A stretch of 64,000 bases of DNA from Octopus sinensis (Eukaryota), in assembly GCF_006345805.1 (NCBI RefSeq), contig NC_043013.1:51956001-52020000 (forward strand), read 5' to 3'. The translations under genes were made by a program, and so were the position numbers. Position 1 is the stretch's first letter, and the number at the start of each line of letters is the position of its first letter. Positions 13,850 to 27,400 of the stretch are shown one piece after another. The notes beneath the pieces were generated by a model. The model searched no databases and was not told the DNA's origin. It was given only the letters and a program-made list of their open reading frames with translations.

Positions 13850-14490
13850 AAACGTCTTCACGAAAGACATTTATTAATTTCAAAGAAATACAAAACTCTA
13901 ATCCCTTTCAAAGTTGGAACCCGTGACTTGAATGCACTTCTGGAAACCCTCCAGGTACTTTGGGAGGGTCCTATGAAAGCCCTTCCAAAGTGAAGATATC
14001 CAGGACCCTTGTCACAGCCTCCTTCATCTTCTCGATGTCTTAAAACGAACTGTCCTGAGGTTCTCATTTGGCTTGGGGATCAACGAAAAGCCACCGGGAG
14101 CAAGGTCTGGACTGTAGGGAAAGGTGTGGCACAGTTTTAATGTCCATCTCTGTCAAGTTTTTCGTTACCGAGATGGAACTGTGGACTTGTGCATTGTCCT
14201 GGTGCAGATACCACTGACGCGAGTGGAAGAGCTCAGGCCTTTTGTGACGAAATCTCTTCCTGAAACCCCTCAAAGCCTCACTACGTACTCTTTGTCGACC
14301 ATCTGGCCAGAGGGCACCTGGTAGATGTAGATGATGCCCTTGCTGTTGAAAGAGGGGATCATCATGACCTTTATTTGTGAATTTGCTTCGCCTGGCCTTC
14401 TTGGGTCTGTAGGAACCAGGATGCTTCCATTTGGCACTCTGTCTTATGGTCCTCTCTAGATCACAACAGTTGATTCAGCTTTCGTCAACA
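13850..14490 (-). mobile_element. Decayed mariner (DD34D) transposase C-terminal half
   Basis: RKRFRHKRPELFHSRQWYLHQDNAQVHSS...KTVPH matches the mariner LHxDNAP motif; the YSPDLAP region is frameshifted. Confidence 0.82.
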
Positions 14491-14804
14491 GGTCACCAGA
14501 GACTAAAGTACTCTCGGATTAGTGGTAATTAGCTCAAACATCTCCCACCTGACACCAACGTGTCTTTCTTTCCGTTCGTCACTGAACACCCTGAAAACAA
14601 ACTTTGAACAAATTTTGCGCATGCTCAGATATTCTCGAAAGTCAACAGCATTTCGTCCCTCTTTACGTTCTGTGTTCAAACTTTGTTTTTCCATCGTTTC
14701 GGGGTCGATAAGGTAAGTACCTGTTGAGAACTGGGGGTTGATGTAATCGCCCCAACCCCCCTGCCCTCCAAATTACAGGCCTTGTGCCTATAGCAAAAAT
14801 GGAT

Positions 14805-14958
14805 ATTATTATTATTATTATTGTTGTTGTTGTTGTTGCTGGTCTTGTTCTTTTTGTTCTTGATATTGTCATTGTTACCATTAATATTATTACTATCATT
14901 ATTATTATCATTCTTCTTCCTCTTCCCCTTCTTCTTATTCTTTTTCTTCTTATTATTA

Positions 14959-14993
<35 letters not shown>

Positions 14994-15048
14994 CATTCTT
15001 CTTCTTATTATTATTATTATTATTATTCTTTTTCTTCTTCTTCTTCTT

Positions 15049-15083
<35 letters not shown>

Positions 15084-15178
15084 TATTATTATTATTATTA
15101 TTATCATCATTATCATCATTATTATTATTATTATTATTATCATCATTATCATCATTATTATTATTATTATTATTATCA

Positions 15179-15221
<43 letters not shown>

Positions 15222-15232
15222 CATCATTATTA

Positions 15233-15271
<39 letters not shown>

Positions 15272-15305
15272 CATCGTCATCGTCATCATCATCATTATTA
15301 TTGAT
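14805..15305. repeat. (ATT)n/(ATC)n/(CTT)n compound trinucleotide repeat
   Basis: Directly visible. Confidence 0.95.
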
Positions 15306-17179
15306 ATTAAAAACCTCGACTTAAACTGAAGTATATACACTTAAGTAAATACGACGTGCTCCAGTAATTTCTTAATTAAAAGAACAACCCGTCTGAATTA
15401 ATTATAATCTTAATTGGTTTCGCTTCTAATTGCTAAAGTTTTTTTCTTTTCTTACCCTTTTTTTCGTTGTTCTTGTTTCTGTTGTTGGTTGTGATGTTGT
15501 TGTTGGTGTCGCATATATTCTTTTCACTTTTTTTAATCACTGAGCTGTGTCCATGCTGGAGCAACGCTGTGTTGTTTTGTTTTTCTTTGATTCTGGTTTC
15601 GCTTAATCCTACCAATTCTACAACTGACGGATTTCGGTGGAGAGTTCATGGTGGATTGGTGGATTGGTGGGGTTGGGGGTGAGGGTGGAATGCTGTCGGC
15701 ATCAACATATTGTCGTCGCTTGCTGTTCAGCCCTAGGCCATCCCTGCTCCGACAGACTTGATCAAAGGTAATCCACTTATGACACGCACGCACACACATA
15801 CAGACATACATGCATACATACATACATACATACATACACACACACATACATACATACACACATACACACATACACACACACATACATACATACATACATA
15901 CACAGATACATACATACATACATACATACATACACACATACACACATACATACACACATACATACACACATACACATACATACATACACACATACACACA
16001 TACACATACATACATACACACATACATACATACATACACACATGCATACATACAAACATACATACATACACACACACATACATACATACATACATACACA
16101 CATACAGACATACATACACACATACATACATACACAGATACATACATACATACATACATACACACATACACACATACATACACACATACATACATACATA
16201 CACATACATACATACGTACATAATTCATACATATACACACACACACACACACACATTTACGCTTGCATATACCTTATCTTTTTCTTGTTTCAGTCACTGA
16301 ACACACGGCCATGCTGGGGCACTTCCTTGAAAGTTTTTTTTTAATCGAACGAGTCGACTACGGAACTTTGTTTAAAGTCTGGTACGTATTCGACCGCTCT
16401 CTTTTGCCGAACAGCTAAGTCATAGGGACGTAAGCAAACCGCACTGGTTGTTAAGACGTGAGAGGGCCAAATACAAACACACACAGCGATATGTTGTTAC
16501 TTTTGTTGTTGCTGCTGCTGCTGATGATGCTGCTGTTGTTTGTCATCTCAAGCGCCTGAGGATAACTCTCAGAAGCGCTAGAGCTGCAGAAGGAAGACGA
16601 ACCATCTCATCCATTGTAGCCCCTAGTTGGCGGATATAGCGTTCCACCATCAGGGCCGGACATCTCAGCCAAAGATGTTCTTACAGATTCTACCTCCTCG
16701 TTACAGAGTCTGCATTGATCTGTGTCGCTGCGTTGCGGTGCTGGTTGTTGAGCTCTCATTAGTATTTTCTAATTTGTAATCATTGTTGTTGTTATCCAAA
16801 TCAAAAGTTTGTATAGAGATGCTACTAAACGTGCCTGGCTCCGCCCGTCTCCTAGGGCTGTTCCGACTCTTTTCCATCTCTCCCCACCCCTCCCTCATTA
16901 ACATGCATGATTGTCTCGACGATTAATGGTGATTCCAGAGAAAGAAACTAAAAGACTTCTCCTACGAGACACTTCTGCCGACCACTAACAACAGAACGAA
17001 TACGAGCGACCCCACAATCGTATCCGGTGGTTTTAATTTTTTGTTCGGTGGATTTGTTTGCATTCGTGGAAGCTAGGGATATGATACATGGAATGAAAAG
17101 GGCGTATTGTGACGAAAATGATTTCCCATCTGCAATATCAGCTTCAAGAAATCAGCAGGCCAATTGATCGATCACCTAT

Positions 17180-18270
17180 CAATCAGGTGAACACGTAATT
17201 TAGATAGGCTTATTAGTCACAAGTAACATGAACAGACGGTTGGTTTCGAAGGCTTTATCCCTGGTGAAGAGTGTACCATCCAACGTAAACAAGAGTTTAG
17301 TGACTTCAAAGTAAGTGCTACAGGGGCACAAAGCCAGAAGACAATATGGAGAAGGATGACATTGGAATGTAAAGAGCAGATTTAGAGACATTTTGATCGA
17401 TTTATACGATGAAACAGAGGAGGAAATAGCAAATAACGAAGCATAAGATATCTGGAAGTTTCTATGGGATAACCTCCCGAGGGCGACAGAAAAAACATGA
17501 CGGGGGAGAAGTCCCAGTGACATGATTGTGATATGACTCCGTAGACGGAGGTTTAAAGGTTAAGACAAGATTGGAGAAACTGGCTGCCTGGAGACAACAA
17601 CGAGCAAGTTGGGGAGATGAGAAACGAAACTTCGGGTATATCAAGCAAAAAGCGAAGCCCAGAGACGCGGTATATTCCGGATTGCAAGGCAAATGTGTGA
17701 AAACCGAAACGTCGTTAAGCAAAAACGATAAGGAAAATATGGTGGATTTTATAAACCATGAAAAGAAAAAGATATGGATTTTTTTTATTGCGAGTGTTTG
17801 TTGAATGAGGTGAATGCATGTAAAAAAGCAAACCCAAAAGCGATAAGACATCCAAGCTGACAGTAAGATGGTAGAAATTGCAATATGAAGTCTGGGAAAC
17901 CATTTTAACAATCAAGAATCACAGCTGAGGTGCTTAAAATATCTGGTGAAGACGAAAATGGGTTGGTTATAGCAAAAACTAATTATAAAGCGAATTAATA
18001 GGAATGCAGTGTAATTAGGTTTTCAACAAGGAAGAAATACAACCGAGACTAACTTCTTTGAGTATCAGCTACAATCGAAGAATCTGGTTAGAATTGAACC
18101 CTTGTACCTGGTATTTGTTGACCCAGAGAAGGCTTTTCAAGAGGGTCCCTACCCTGTGATCTGGTGATCATTGAGGGTACTTAGGTAAAACAACCGGTTT
18201 TTGAGGGCCACACAAACCATGCTCAGAGATGTGGTAAGCAAAGTACAGGTTACTGATGCCTTCAGAAGTC
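17180..18270 (+). mobile_element. Decayed RTE-like LINE fragment (reverse transcriptase N-terminal part)
   Basis: Around 18010-18185: LGFQQGRNTTET.....PLYLVFVDPEKAF..RV....IW, matching RT motifs QxGF and FxDxxKAFD. Confidence 0.7.
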
Positions 18271-19778
18271 TGGTGTTCATTATGCCCAGATATTTGGTAA
18301 ATATCATCTTTAACGTTCACTCTGTCCGTTATCTATAACAGTTTTATAAAAACATATTCGCCATGTCTGCGTAGACAAAATCTATAGATATGATAATTAC
18401 CCAGATATATAAGTAGTTTCGTACTCATGACCAAATGTTCCCTGTACCAACAGACATAATAGCCACCAACACTCTCTCCCACTCACCTCCTTCACAACAT
18501 CACCACTAGACGTCACTACTATACCCAACGCCAACACCACCTTCTCTACCACAACCCCCACACTCCACCACTATATTTACATGTCCCTGCAACAATACCA
18601 ACTACTTCTTCGTAGAGGTACGAGTAAATGGTCTCTCCTGTTTTTAAGCGGACATTTGTCGGTCTGTAAACGACAAACGAAGAACCTTCCTCGATTAAGC
18701 TTCGACATAATCTGCACACATAATAATCGTGATTGTAGCTCAGTACAACACACACAGACGAATGCATTCTATCAACACCGGATAAGAAAGACATTCTCCA
18801 CGTATGCTGCTGCTGTTGCTACGACGACGTACACACATAAAAATGCATTGCATGCCTTCGCAGGCAATTCTTTCTGGACAACACAAAAGAAAATTCTGAA
18901 AAACGTGAAGTGGGAGGCGGGGGAGTTAATGTCAAGGGAAATCACTCATGATATCCATATCTTGACAATTACCTCCCTTACAGCGTAAAATTAGACGAAA
19001 ATTACGTAAAATTATTATCTCAATAAACAGATTAAGGCGGAGGTGGAAATGATGCAAAGACGAAGGAATTAACTATGGACAAGAACCCCTACATACGTAA
19101 GTAGATCTTTTTTCGTTTTCTTCTAATCACATATTTTAATCTGTAAAGATTTCTAAAAATGTGCTTTTGATCTAGTTTAGCACGCTGGGAACAAATACCG
19201 TATTCATTATTGTTAATATAGACTCTACGTTTATGTATTTCCTTTGCATGATGTGAAATCGTGTGTTGAAACAAATAATGGTATATTTCGGGACAGTCAT
19301 TTTTTTGTTGCCAAATAAACACACGCACTGTATATTCGTCCTTCACTCCAGCTTTATAATTGTTCCTATTTTAGTATCCTTTGTCTGAAAATCTTTCGTC
19401 ACGTATCTTGTGACCTATTCAGCTACTCCCCATCTTGCGCGTCTCTTCCTGTACTGTTTAGTCCATGTTCTTTGTCTATCTCCTTAACTTCTTGGAGATT
19501 TGGGGTAAAATTATACTAATGTGTCCTTCTAATTTAATTAAATTCTATGTCTTTGTGCAGTTGAAGATTGCTCTACATTTTAAATTGATGTAATGAAATG
19601 ATTGCATTGTTCAATTAAATGGAGTCGCATGAAACGATCGTACTGCATTGTTTCTGGATATCCTTGTTCCTTATTTTGATTTTAATAACCATATTTTAAA
19701 TTGTATGGATATTACTGTACTAAATTCTGGTGTCTCAACTGAAGTACCATATTCATCTGAATCTATCTATCTATCTAT

Positions 19779-19858
<80 letters not shown>

Positions 19859-20322
19859 AAGGCATCCAGCTATAGAAATCATACCAAAGCAGACATAGAA
19901 CCTGGTGGAACCCTCTGGCTCATCTATTCTTCTTAAACCATCCAATGGACAAAGGGGTGTTAAATGATGATTATGATAATGATGATGGTGATGATGATAA
20001 TGATAATGGTGATAATGATAATGGTGATAATGATGATGGTCGTAATGATGATAATGGTGATGACTGTGATGATGTGATAATGGTGATGATGATGATGGTG
20101 ATAAAAAGACAAAACGGAGGGAACAAAAGGGCCGGGATGATATTTTTTTATATTTTATTTTCAAAAATCAGAATCACAGCTATTTCGAAGTGACTGTGGA
20201 TGCAATGTCCTTCGTCCTGGGGCTGACGTCACAATGATTATATTGTTGGACACAACAAACAAATATAATGAAGTGATTTTTTGTGTGTGTGTGTGTGTAT
20301 GAACATACATATGCATATATAT

Positions 20323-20379
<57 letters not shown>

Positions 20380-21136
20380 TATAACATATATACATACAGA
20401 TATATAAACATACACATGGATTGCATATAATCATATGCACATATATATATATACACACACACACACAAACATACAATCAATACATTGAATATTTTTATGC
20501 TTAAGAACGTGTGTGTGTGTGTGTGTGCATAAAACCATTTACAAAGAGACAAGAACTGTTTTGGATCTTCTTTTCAAAGATGGTAGATGGAATGTTGATC
20601 TAAATATTTTTTTGTTGCCCTAATTTTATAACTAACATTCCACACACAAAACTATATTACAAATATTTCTTAATTATATAATTAACGGATCATGCATCAT
20701 CATCCATTAATTACACATATCAGTGACAATTATATATCCTGATAACACACAATCGATGTTACTGAATTTTCATACCATACAATTAACATTGTCAGAGGCA
20801 TTTTCAGATAAAGTGTCTTGTAATGCTTCCGACGAAGTGATTTACATGGGAAAAAGTATTACAAAAAATTAATTTTTATGCAGCTGTCATAGATACAGGT
20901 GTGAAAATTATATGCAAATCTACTCACACCATATTCTCTTATGTACAGTGTGTGTGTGTATGTGTGTGTGTTGTGTGTGTAAACAGCAACCACTGACAAT
21001 AACCAGTGTATATGACTTTTTCAGCTGTTTGGTGACATCCCACACTCACAACAGGTAAAAACTGTCTTTAGTGTGTTTATGTTATATGCTTGTGCCAATG
21101 GGTACATGAATTCATATATATATATGTATGTATGTG

Positions 21137-21167
<31 letters not shown>

Positions 21168-21684
21168 TACAACTTGCTACATATATTTATAACTTGCTAT
21201 TTTGCTTATATATATATGAATGTAGGTATATTTATCATTTAATGTACACAATATATAGATACCAGCTACTGAGTTTCTTGCCTTGGAGACCTGTGTCTAG
21301 GCAGGTTTTTATAACATGCCTTGTGTCTCCAAGCAAGAAACGTAGTAGCTTGTATCTGTCTACATACCATATATCTCTCACTAAATGGAATACTTATTTT
21401 GTTGATCTTACCTTAACAGAACACTAAACTAGACATGAAGATATCAAAACAGGGGATCAGAGAGACGCTTTGGTATTATTTGAAAAAAATTTTTCTTTCC
21501 AATCTCCTGTTTCGATGTGTAATTTCTCTGTAAAAGATATTTCTCAGTATTTCTCAACTTTTATGCATTCCTGACACAAATACAACATCTACATACAAGT
21601 TTGGAGTAGTGAATAAGCAGATGTGCTTCAAGAGGACACAGCTAGGATTATAACCGTATCAACAATATATATACATATATATAT

Positions 21685-21717
<33 letters not shown>

Positions 21718-21853
21718 AGCATGGAAGAGGTGATGTTAAACAATGATGATGACGATGATGATGATGATGATGACGTATACATAGATGCTTGTGTGTATGT
21801 GTGATGTAGCATCGAGTGATGAAAATTCTTCTTTGCCGCTTTGGTCCACTGCC

Positions 21854-22024
21854 TCATGTGATCGGCCGGTCAATGGCCATTCTGGTGAACTCACTGAGGA
21901 GCTCGCTGACATTGTCGAGGTCATTGCAGGAAGGTTTGTGGAGGAGGTTGCGCAGGTATTCCAACTGCTTCACGTCCGATTCCCAGCCGGTCCGACATAG
22001 ATACTGAAGTAACATCTCCGTCAG
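21854..22024 (-). CDS. ANKRD54: ANKRD54-like stop-containing exon (171 nt coding)
   Basis: ttccgctctgtttcag|CTG ACG GAG...ACA TGA; encodes LTEMLLQYLCRTGWESDVKQLEYLRNLLHKPSCNDLDNVSELLSEFTRMAIDRPIT*, aligning to the human C-terminal helix IIHMLREYLERLG...VDEVTDLLASFTSLSL. Confidence 0.88.
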   Translation of the reverse strand: MTEMLLQYLCRTGWESDVKQLEYLRNLLHKPSCNDLDNVSELLSEFTRMAIDRPIT

Positions 22025-22434
22025 CTGAAACAGAGCGGAATGAGGAAAGTAAGCATAATTAAGGGTACAGTGGTGGTGGTGGTGGTGGGGGGGGGGTTAC
22101 TGGTGGAGATGAGGTGTGGTTGGGTGCAGTGATGTTTAGAAACGATGCACAGAAGGATGGGTACAGTCGTAGATAGAAAAGTGGGTAGAATGGATATGAG
22201 ACTGTCCGGCACAGCTGTTTTGGCGCCAGCTATTTGACATCTTTCTGTTAATGTGTGTTGGTATCTTTTCCTTTGTGTGTGTGAGGAGAGAGAAGTGTTC
22301 ATATTCATTTGTGTTCAATTAATAAATTGTAATGTCTCCCCCTCTCTCACTCCCCCTCTCCCCACTCTTTCTTTTTCTCTGTCTCTGTTTATGTGTGGAA
22401 TTATGTACATTATTTACAATTAATGGATACTGAC

Positions 22435-22559
22435 CTGTAAGGCGTCTTGCTTGTGCTTTTCACAATTAAAATCTGTATTTTTTGGTATTGTGCATAATGT
22501 GGACTTGGCCAGAAGCAGCAGTCTCCGACCACACTGCTGGATTGCCTTAGCATTGGTCC
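22435..22559 (-). CDS. ANKRD54: ANKRD54-like exon, 125 nt (phase 1 to 0)
   Basis: atctccatgcag|GG ACC AAT...TTA CAG|gtcagt; encodes (G)TNAKAIQQCGRRLLLLAKSTLCTIPKNTDFNCEKHKQDALQ, aligning to human [22 protein letters not shown]...EVKQ. Confidence 0.85.
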
Positions 22560-23554
22560 CTGCATGGAGATATGAGGAGATAGAATTGGTGAGACTGATG
22601 GGGAGACAGAGACATTCATAAGGACACAGACAGACAAACAAACAAGGAGATATGACTGAATCGTTTGTATGCCTCCAGAAATTAAGGAGGGAGCATTGAT
22701 TGTTGATAGAGGGACCATTAAATGTTGTTAAGTGATATTAGAGAGAGCATTAATTAGAGACATTTTAAAATAATAATAATGAAATTATTGTATACAGTGC
22801 TCAGGTGCACCACAACTTGTCAAAAGTGCGTATAAAGTGTATGCAGTAATGTACAAATGTCTGGAAAGTGAACAGTGTATGAGTCAGATACATGCTTGCG
22901 TGTGTATGGAGGGGAGAAAATCAGGTGTAGTGTTGGCGAATCTCAGGAAGCATGGAAGTTTTGAAGGATGCAGTGCTCCGACAACTAAAAACTGATGCTG
23001 GCAGTCTGTTCCATACTTCAGCAACTCTTAGCGTGAAAAAATGTTTCCGAAAGTCATGGGAGCTGTGCTGTTTTCTGACTTTGTAAATATGTCCACGGGT
23101 GTTAGACAGGTGGAGTTTGAAAAGGTGCTCAGAGTTATTGTTTTAATAAACCTCAACTTAAGTGATCAAAGATAACACCAATAAGTTGTTGGATTACAAA
23201 TCCAAAGATTGTGAGTTCAAACCTTGTGTTAGAGTTTAGTTGTAGTCTTCCAAAATCTTGTACACAGCTCACAGACACCCATTACAATGTTTAAGGACCT
23301 CCAGGGGTCTTTGAATATCAAACTGGGAACAGCTGATATAAGCCACCAGGTTATAAAACCAGTCATACTACTAGAAGGCAATTCAGTAAAATGTAACAGA
23401 AGATGACACAGTTAAATAAAATAAATCAAGAATTTTCAATTACTGTAATGAATTACTGTAATTAATGGCATAAAAGACAAATGAGCATATCAATTTTAGC
23501 AGTGTATATTGAGGGGAAAAATTGGTTTTACATCAAAACATAATATAGTCTTAA

Positions 23555-23775
23555 CCCTTTGAACCCACAGGAACTGAATGCACCACCCTAAGGTCCCAGT
23601 GAGTATCACCGAAAATTTTTGATTTTAGAATATATACTGAAAGACAGACTTGTTTCATAACACAAAGATATAAAATGGTGAAAAATGAAGACACATGGAG
23701 TGTTGGTAGACTGGCATTTCAGGAATATATGGACTTGGTGTAGTGCCGGAGCACTAGCATTTCAGGTTCTAAGGG
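23555..23775. mobile_element. piggyBac-type MITE with TTAA target site
   Basis: TTAA|ccctttgaacc ... ggttctaaggg|TTAA. Confidence 0.65.
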
Positions 23776-23919
23776 TTAACTTCACATATACAGTGTGTTC
23801 AGGCTAAATTTGACAGTTTACATACAAGGAAAAAGAAAAATAATATTCCATCCAAAAAACAGAAGTATTTTTTTAAAAATCAAAAAAATATTAACTAGAT
23901 TATTGCCAGGAGATAACAG

Positions 23920-24480
23920 TTTACTCTAAGGAGCCTCCTTCATCTTCCACCACGGCCTCAAGACAGCTCTGGGCCTCCCTCAACTTCCACCACGGCCTCA
24001 ATACAGCTCTGGATCCAGGCGCATGTGTTCCTCACTATTTCCCTGGAGAGATCTTCAAACACCTCTTTGATTTTAGCCAACAGCTTGGCCTTGGCGAATG
24101 CAAGCAGGGCAATTGGTGCCTTTCTCAACTGTGCCCCTCACAGAGAAATCCATGAGATTACAATTGGGGAAATTAAGAAACCAGAAATTGGGGCTGTGAA
24201 GTCACTGAAATTATCCGATCCCCACTTGTGACTCTTTGTAGAGTTATGACAGTAAACCAAATCCTACTGCTACATATATGGCCTTCCAGCAGCAACTCTA
24301 TCCAGCCAGGGTCTAACCACAGTCTCTAGCAGCTTCACATAGCCATCTGAATTAAGCCTAAGGCCCTCTTCAAAGTGTTGGGGCAATAAGACATCACTTT
24401 CATGGGAGACACACCCAAACACCATCACAGTTTAAGGGAACTTGGTTTCCATGATGTCCATGTCACATCATACAGCCTAC
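23920..24480 (-). mobile_element. Decayed maT/DD37D-like transposase in an ANKRD54 intron
   Basis: TKFP*TVMVFGCVS...EGLRLNSDGYVKLLETVVRPWLDRVAAGRPY, then KIKEVFEDLSREIVRNTC...IEAVVEVEG. Confidence 0.8.
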
Positions 24481-25025
24481 AGGTTTCAAATTTTGTCACA
24501 AGGCCAGCAGTTTCAAGGGAGGGGTAAGCTGATTACATCAACCCCAATATTCAACTGGTACTTATTTTTGTCAATCCCAAAAGGATGAAATACAATGTCA
24601 ACCATCGCAGAATTTGAACTTAGAACATAAACACAGATGGAATACCATTAAGCATTCTGCCCAACACACTAACAATTTTGCCACTTTACCGCCTTCAGAG
24701 TCACAATGAATACTTTCCCTCCCTTTGTATATGGCTATGTGGTAAGAAACTTGCTTCCCAACCACATGGTTCCAGGTTCAGTCCCACTGCATGGCACCTT
24801 GAGCAAGTGTTTTCTATTATAGCCTCTGGTCAACCAAAGATATCCTAAAGATTCTCCCAATCCAATATCCAAAGTTAATAACAACTTCACAAGTGAAAAA
24901 AAGACGTTATGCTTGGAAGAACATCCAGCTAGAAATATCTCCCCAATAAACTGAATAATGTTCTCCCCTTAACCACCCTTTATCCACCCTTAACCTAACA
25001 AGACATCACTGAACAGAGTACTTAC

Positions 25026-25073
25026 CCGCCTTTAATAACAAAGTAACCATGGCGATGTTGTTAGTACAGACAG
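25026..25073 (-). CDS. ANKRD54: ANKRD54-like exon, 48 nt (phase 1 to 1)
   Basis: ttctccattttgcag|CT GTC TGT...GCG G|gtaaga; encodes (A)VCTNNIAMVTLLLKA(G), aligning to human AACTNHVPVITTLLRG. Confidence 0.92.
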
Positions 25074-25690
25074 CTGCAAAATGGAGAAATTGTTTCATTA
25101 AAAATACATCACATCACAGCATCACAGCTCTTTCATCTCTCTCACTCTGTACATATATGTATTATCCTCTATCTCTCTCCCCCTCATTCTCTCTCTAGGT
25201 ACATATAATTTTCTTTCTCTCTCTTTCTCTCACTTTGTATATGTACATTATTCTCTCCCTCTTTCTCTCTATCTAAATAGGCTGTGTGGTAAGAAGCTTG
25301 CTTCCCAACCACATGGTTCCAAGTTCAGTCCCACTGCGTGGCACCTTGAGCAACTGTCTTCTATAGCCTCAGACTGACCAAAGCCTTGTGAGTGGATTTG
25401 GTAGATGGAAACTGAAAGAAGCACACACACACACACATACATACATATATATATTTATTTATGTATATATATCTCTATGTGTGTGTCTTTGTCTCCCACG
25501 ACTGCTTGACAACTGGTGTGGTTTTGTTTACATCCCTATAACTTAGCGGTTTGGCATAAGACACTAACAGAATAAGTAGCAGGCTCATAGTTTACCGAGT
25601 TGATTCATTTAACTCAAAAACCTTCAAGACACTGCTCCAACATGGCCACAGTCAAAATGACTGAAACAATGAAACAAGTAAAAGGAAAAA

Positions 25691-25740
<50 letters not shown>

Positions 25741-26381
25741 TGTGTGTATGTAAGTAGGTTTCCTTATCTTGATATCACATGGTAGTTGTAAACGAGAGTG
25801 ACTGTCATACAAGCAGTGTTGTTCGTTTTCAAATACTCTGTAAGAAAATGTCTGGGGAAATATTCGAAATCTTAGTATGGTTGGTGACAGGGAGAGTATC
25901 CAGCTGTTGAAATCAGCCTGAATAAATTCTGCTTGACCCATGCAAGCATGCAAAAGTGGACATTAACCCTTAAGTATTTAAACCGGCCATATCTAGCCCA
26001 AACGTCCGATCTGTTTTAGGTTAAAACTGACCAGATCTAGCCTTTTACACCAATCCTACAATGTCCTTCTAATAATAAACAATCACAACATCAAAATCTC
26101 AGAGATGCAAGATAATGCATGATTAATTCAAAACAATACGAATAAATAAGCATTACATTTGACAGAGAAATCTGAATTCTGAAACGTTAAAACATTGACA
26201 TGAGTGTGAGGTGGGGAGTGGCAGATACCAATTAAGAATATGATACAAAATAATTAGAAGAGCAATGTAGATCCTTACCTAACTGCAATAGGGTTATTCC
26301 TTAACAACTATACATGTAGATCCTTGTCTAAAACTAAAGATGTGTTATTCCACAAGGATTATTATACAAGTGGGTCCTTAC

Positions 26382-26453
26382 CTAAGTGCAGAGGTGTGTT
26401 ATTCAAAATATCAATCTGGTTTGGATCCGCTCCTCGTTCAATTAACATCTGAG
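26382..26453 (-). CDS. ANKRD54: ANKRD54-like exon, 72 nt (phase 1 to 1)
   Basis: tttttctctcccaaacag|CT CAG ATG...TTA G|gtaagg; encodes (A)QMLIERGADPNQIDILNNTPLHL(A), an ankyrin GADPN...TPLHLA motif. Confidence 0.92.
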
Positions 26454-26999
26454 CTGTTTGGGAGAGAAAAAAAGAAAAAAAGGAGCCTAATTAGAAAGAA
26501 TTAATTAGAAAAGCAACTTCATTTGTTAACAAGAAAACAAAACTTCTAAATAAATTTGTTTAAGATTTTGGCAAAATGCTAGCAATTTTGTGGGGAGGCG
26601 GGTAAGTCGATTCCATCGACCCTGAAAGGATGGAAGGCAAAAGTGACTTCAGCAGGATTTGAACTCAGAATGTAAGGACAGACGAAATGCCACTGAATGT
26701 TTTTCCTTGCCCAGTGTGCCAACAATTCTCCCAGCTCACCAGCTGCCAAATAAATTATCAAATTAATTTATTGACTGAATAAATAAATAAATAAATGAGT
26801 CCCTCGGTATCTCTGCAAACAGAGATATATTGTATTTCAAAGAAATGTTTATAAGGAGGACAGCATTCAATGGTACCCTATATTATCAACTATCAAAAAA
26901 AAATCAATATTTAATTGTGTTCACATCTAATTTTATTTATTGAAGCTAGAATGAGTGAGTCCACAGCTGTAACCTACACCAGTGTCGCATAACCAGCCC

Positions 27000-27400
27000 A
27001 CTCAAAAAGTACCTTGGATTGTAGGGTGACATGCCGTGCTTGAAGAGACCTATTGAGTCAAGTAGATCAAAATCAAATCAAATCACAATCAAATGGAAAT
27101 TGTAGTTGTGGTCCTCATGCAGGTGGCACGTAAAAAGCACCATCCAAACGTGGCCGATGCCAGCGCCACCTTGACTGACTCCCATGCCAGTGGCATATAA
27201 AAAGCACCAACCGATCGTGGTCAATGCCAGTCCTCTCTGGCCCCTTGCTGGTGGTACATAAAAAAAGCACCCACTACACTCTCGGAGTGGTTGGCGTTAG
27301 GAAGGGCATCCAGCTGTAGAAACTCTGCCAGATCAGATTGGGGCCCAGTCGAATCGTCTAACCTATGCCAGCATGGAAAACGGACGTTAAACGATGATGA
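27000..27400 (+). mobile_element. SINE-like repeat with about 55-bp internal tandem units and a (GAT)n tail; copies at about 28090-28270, 29275-29450, 30470-30650, 38120-38330, 38430-38860, 40930-41200, 53770-54330, 57080-57400
   Basis: Shared gttggcgttaggaagggcatccagctgtagaaa core and ccatgccagcatggaaa...gttaaacgatgatgat tail. Confidence 0.8.
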
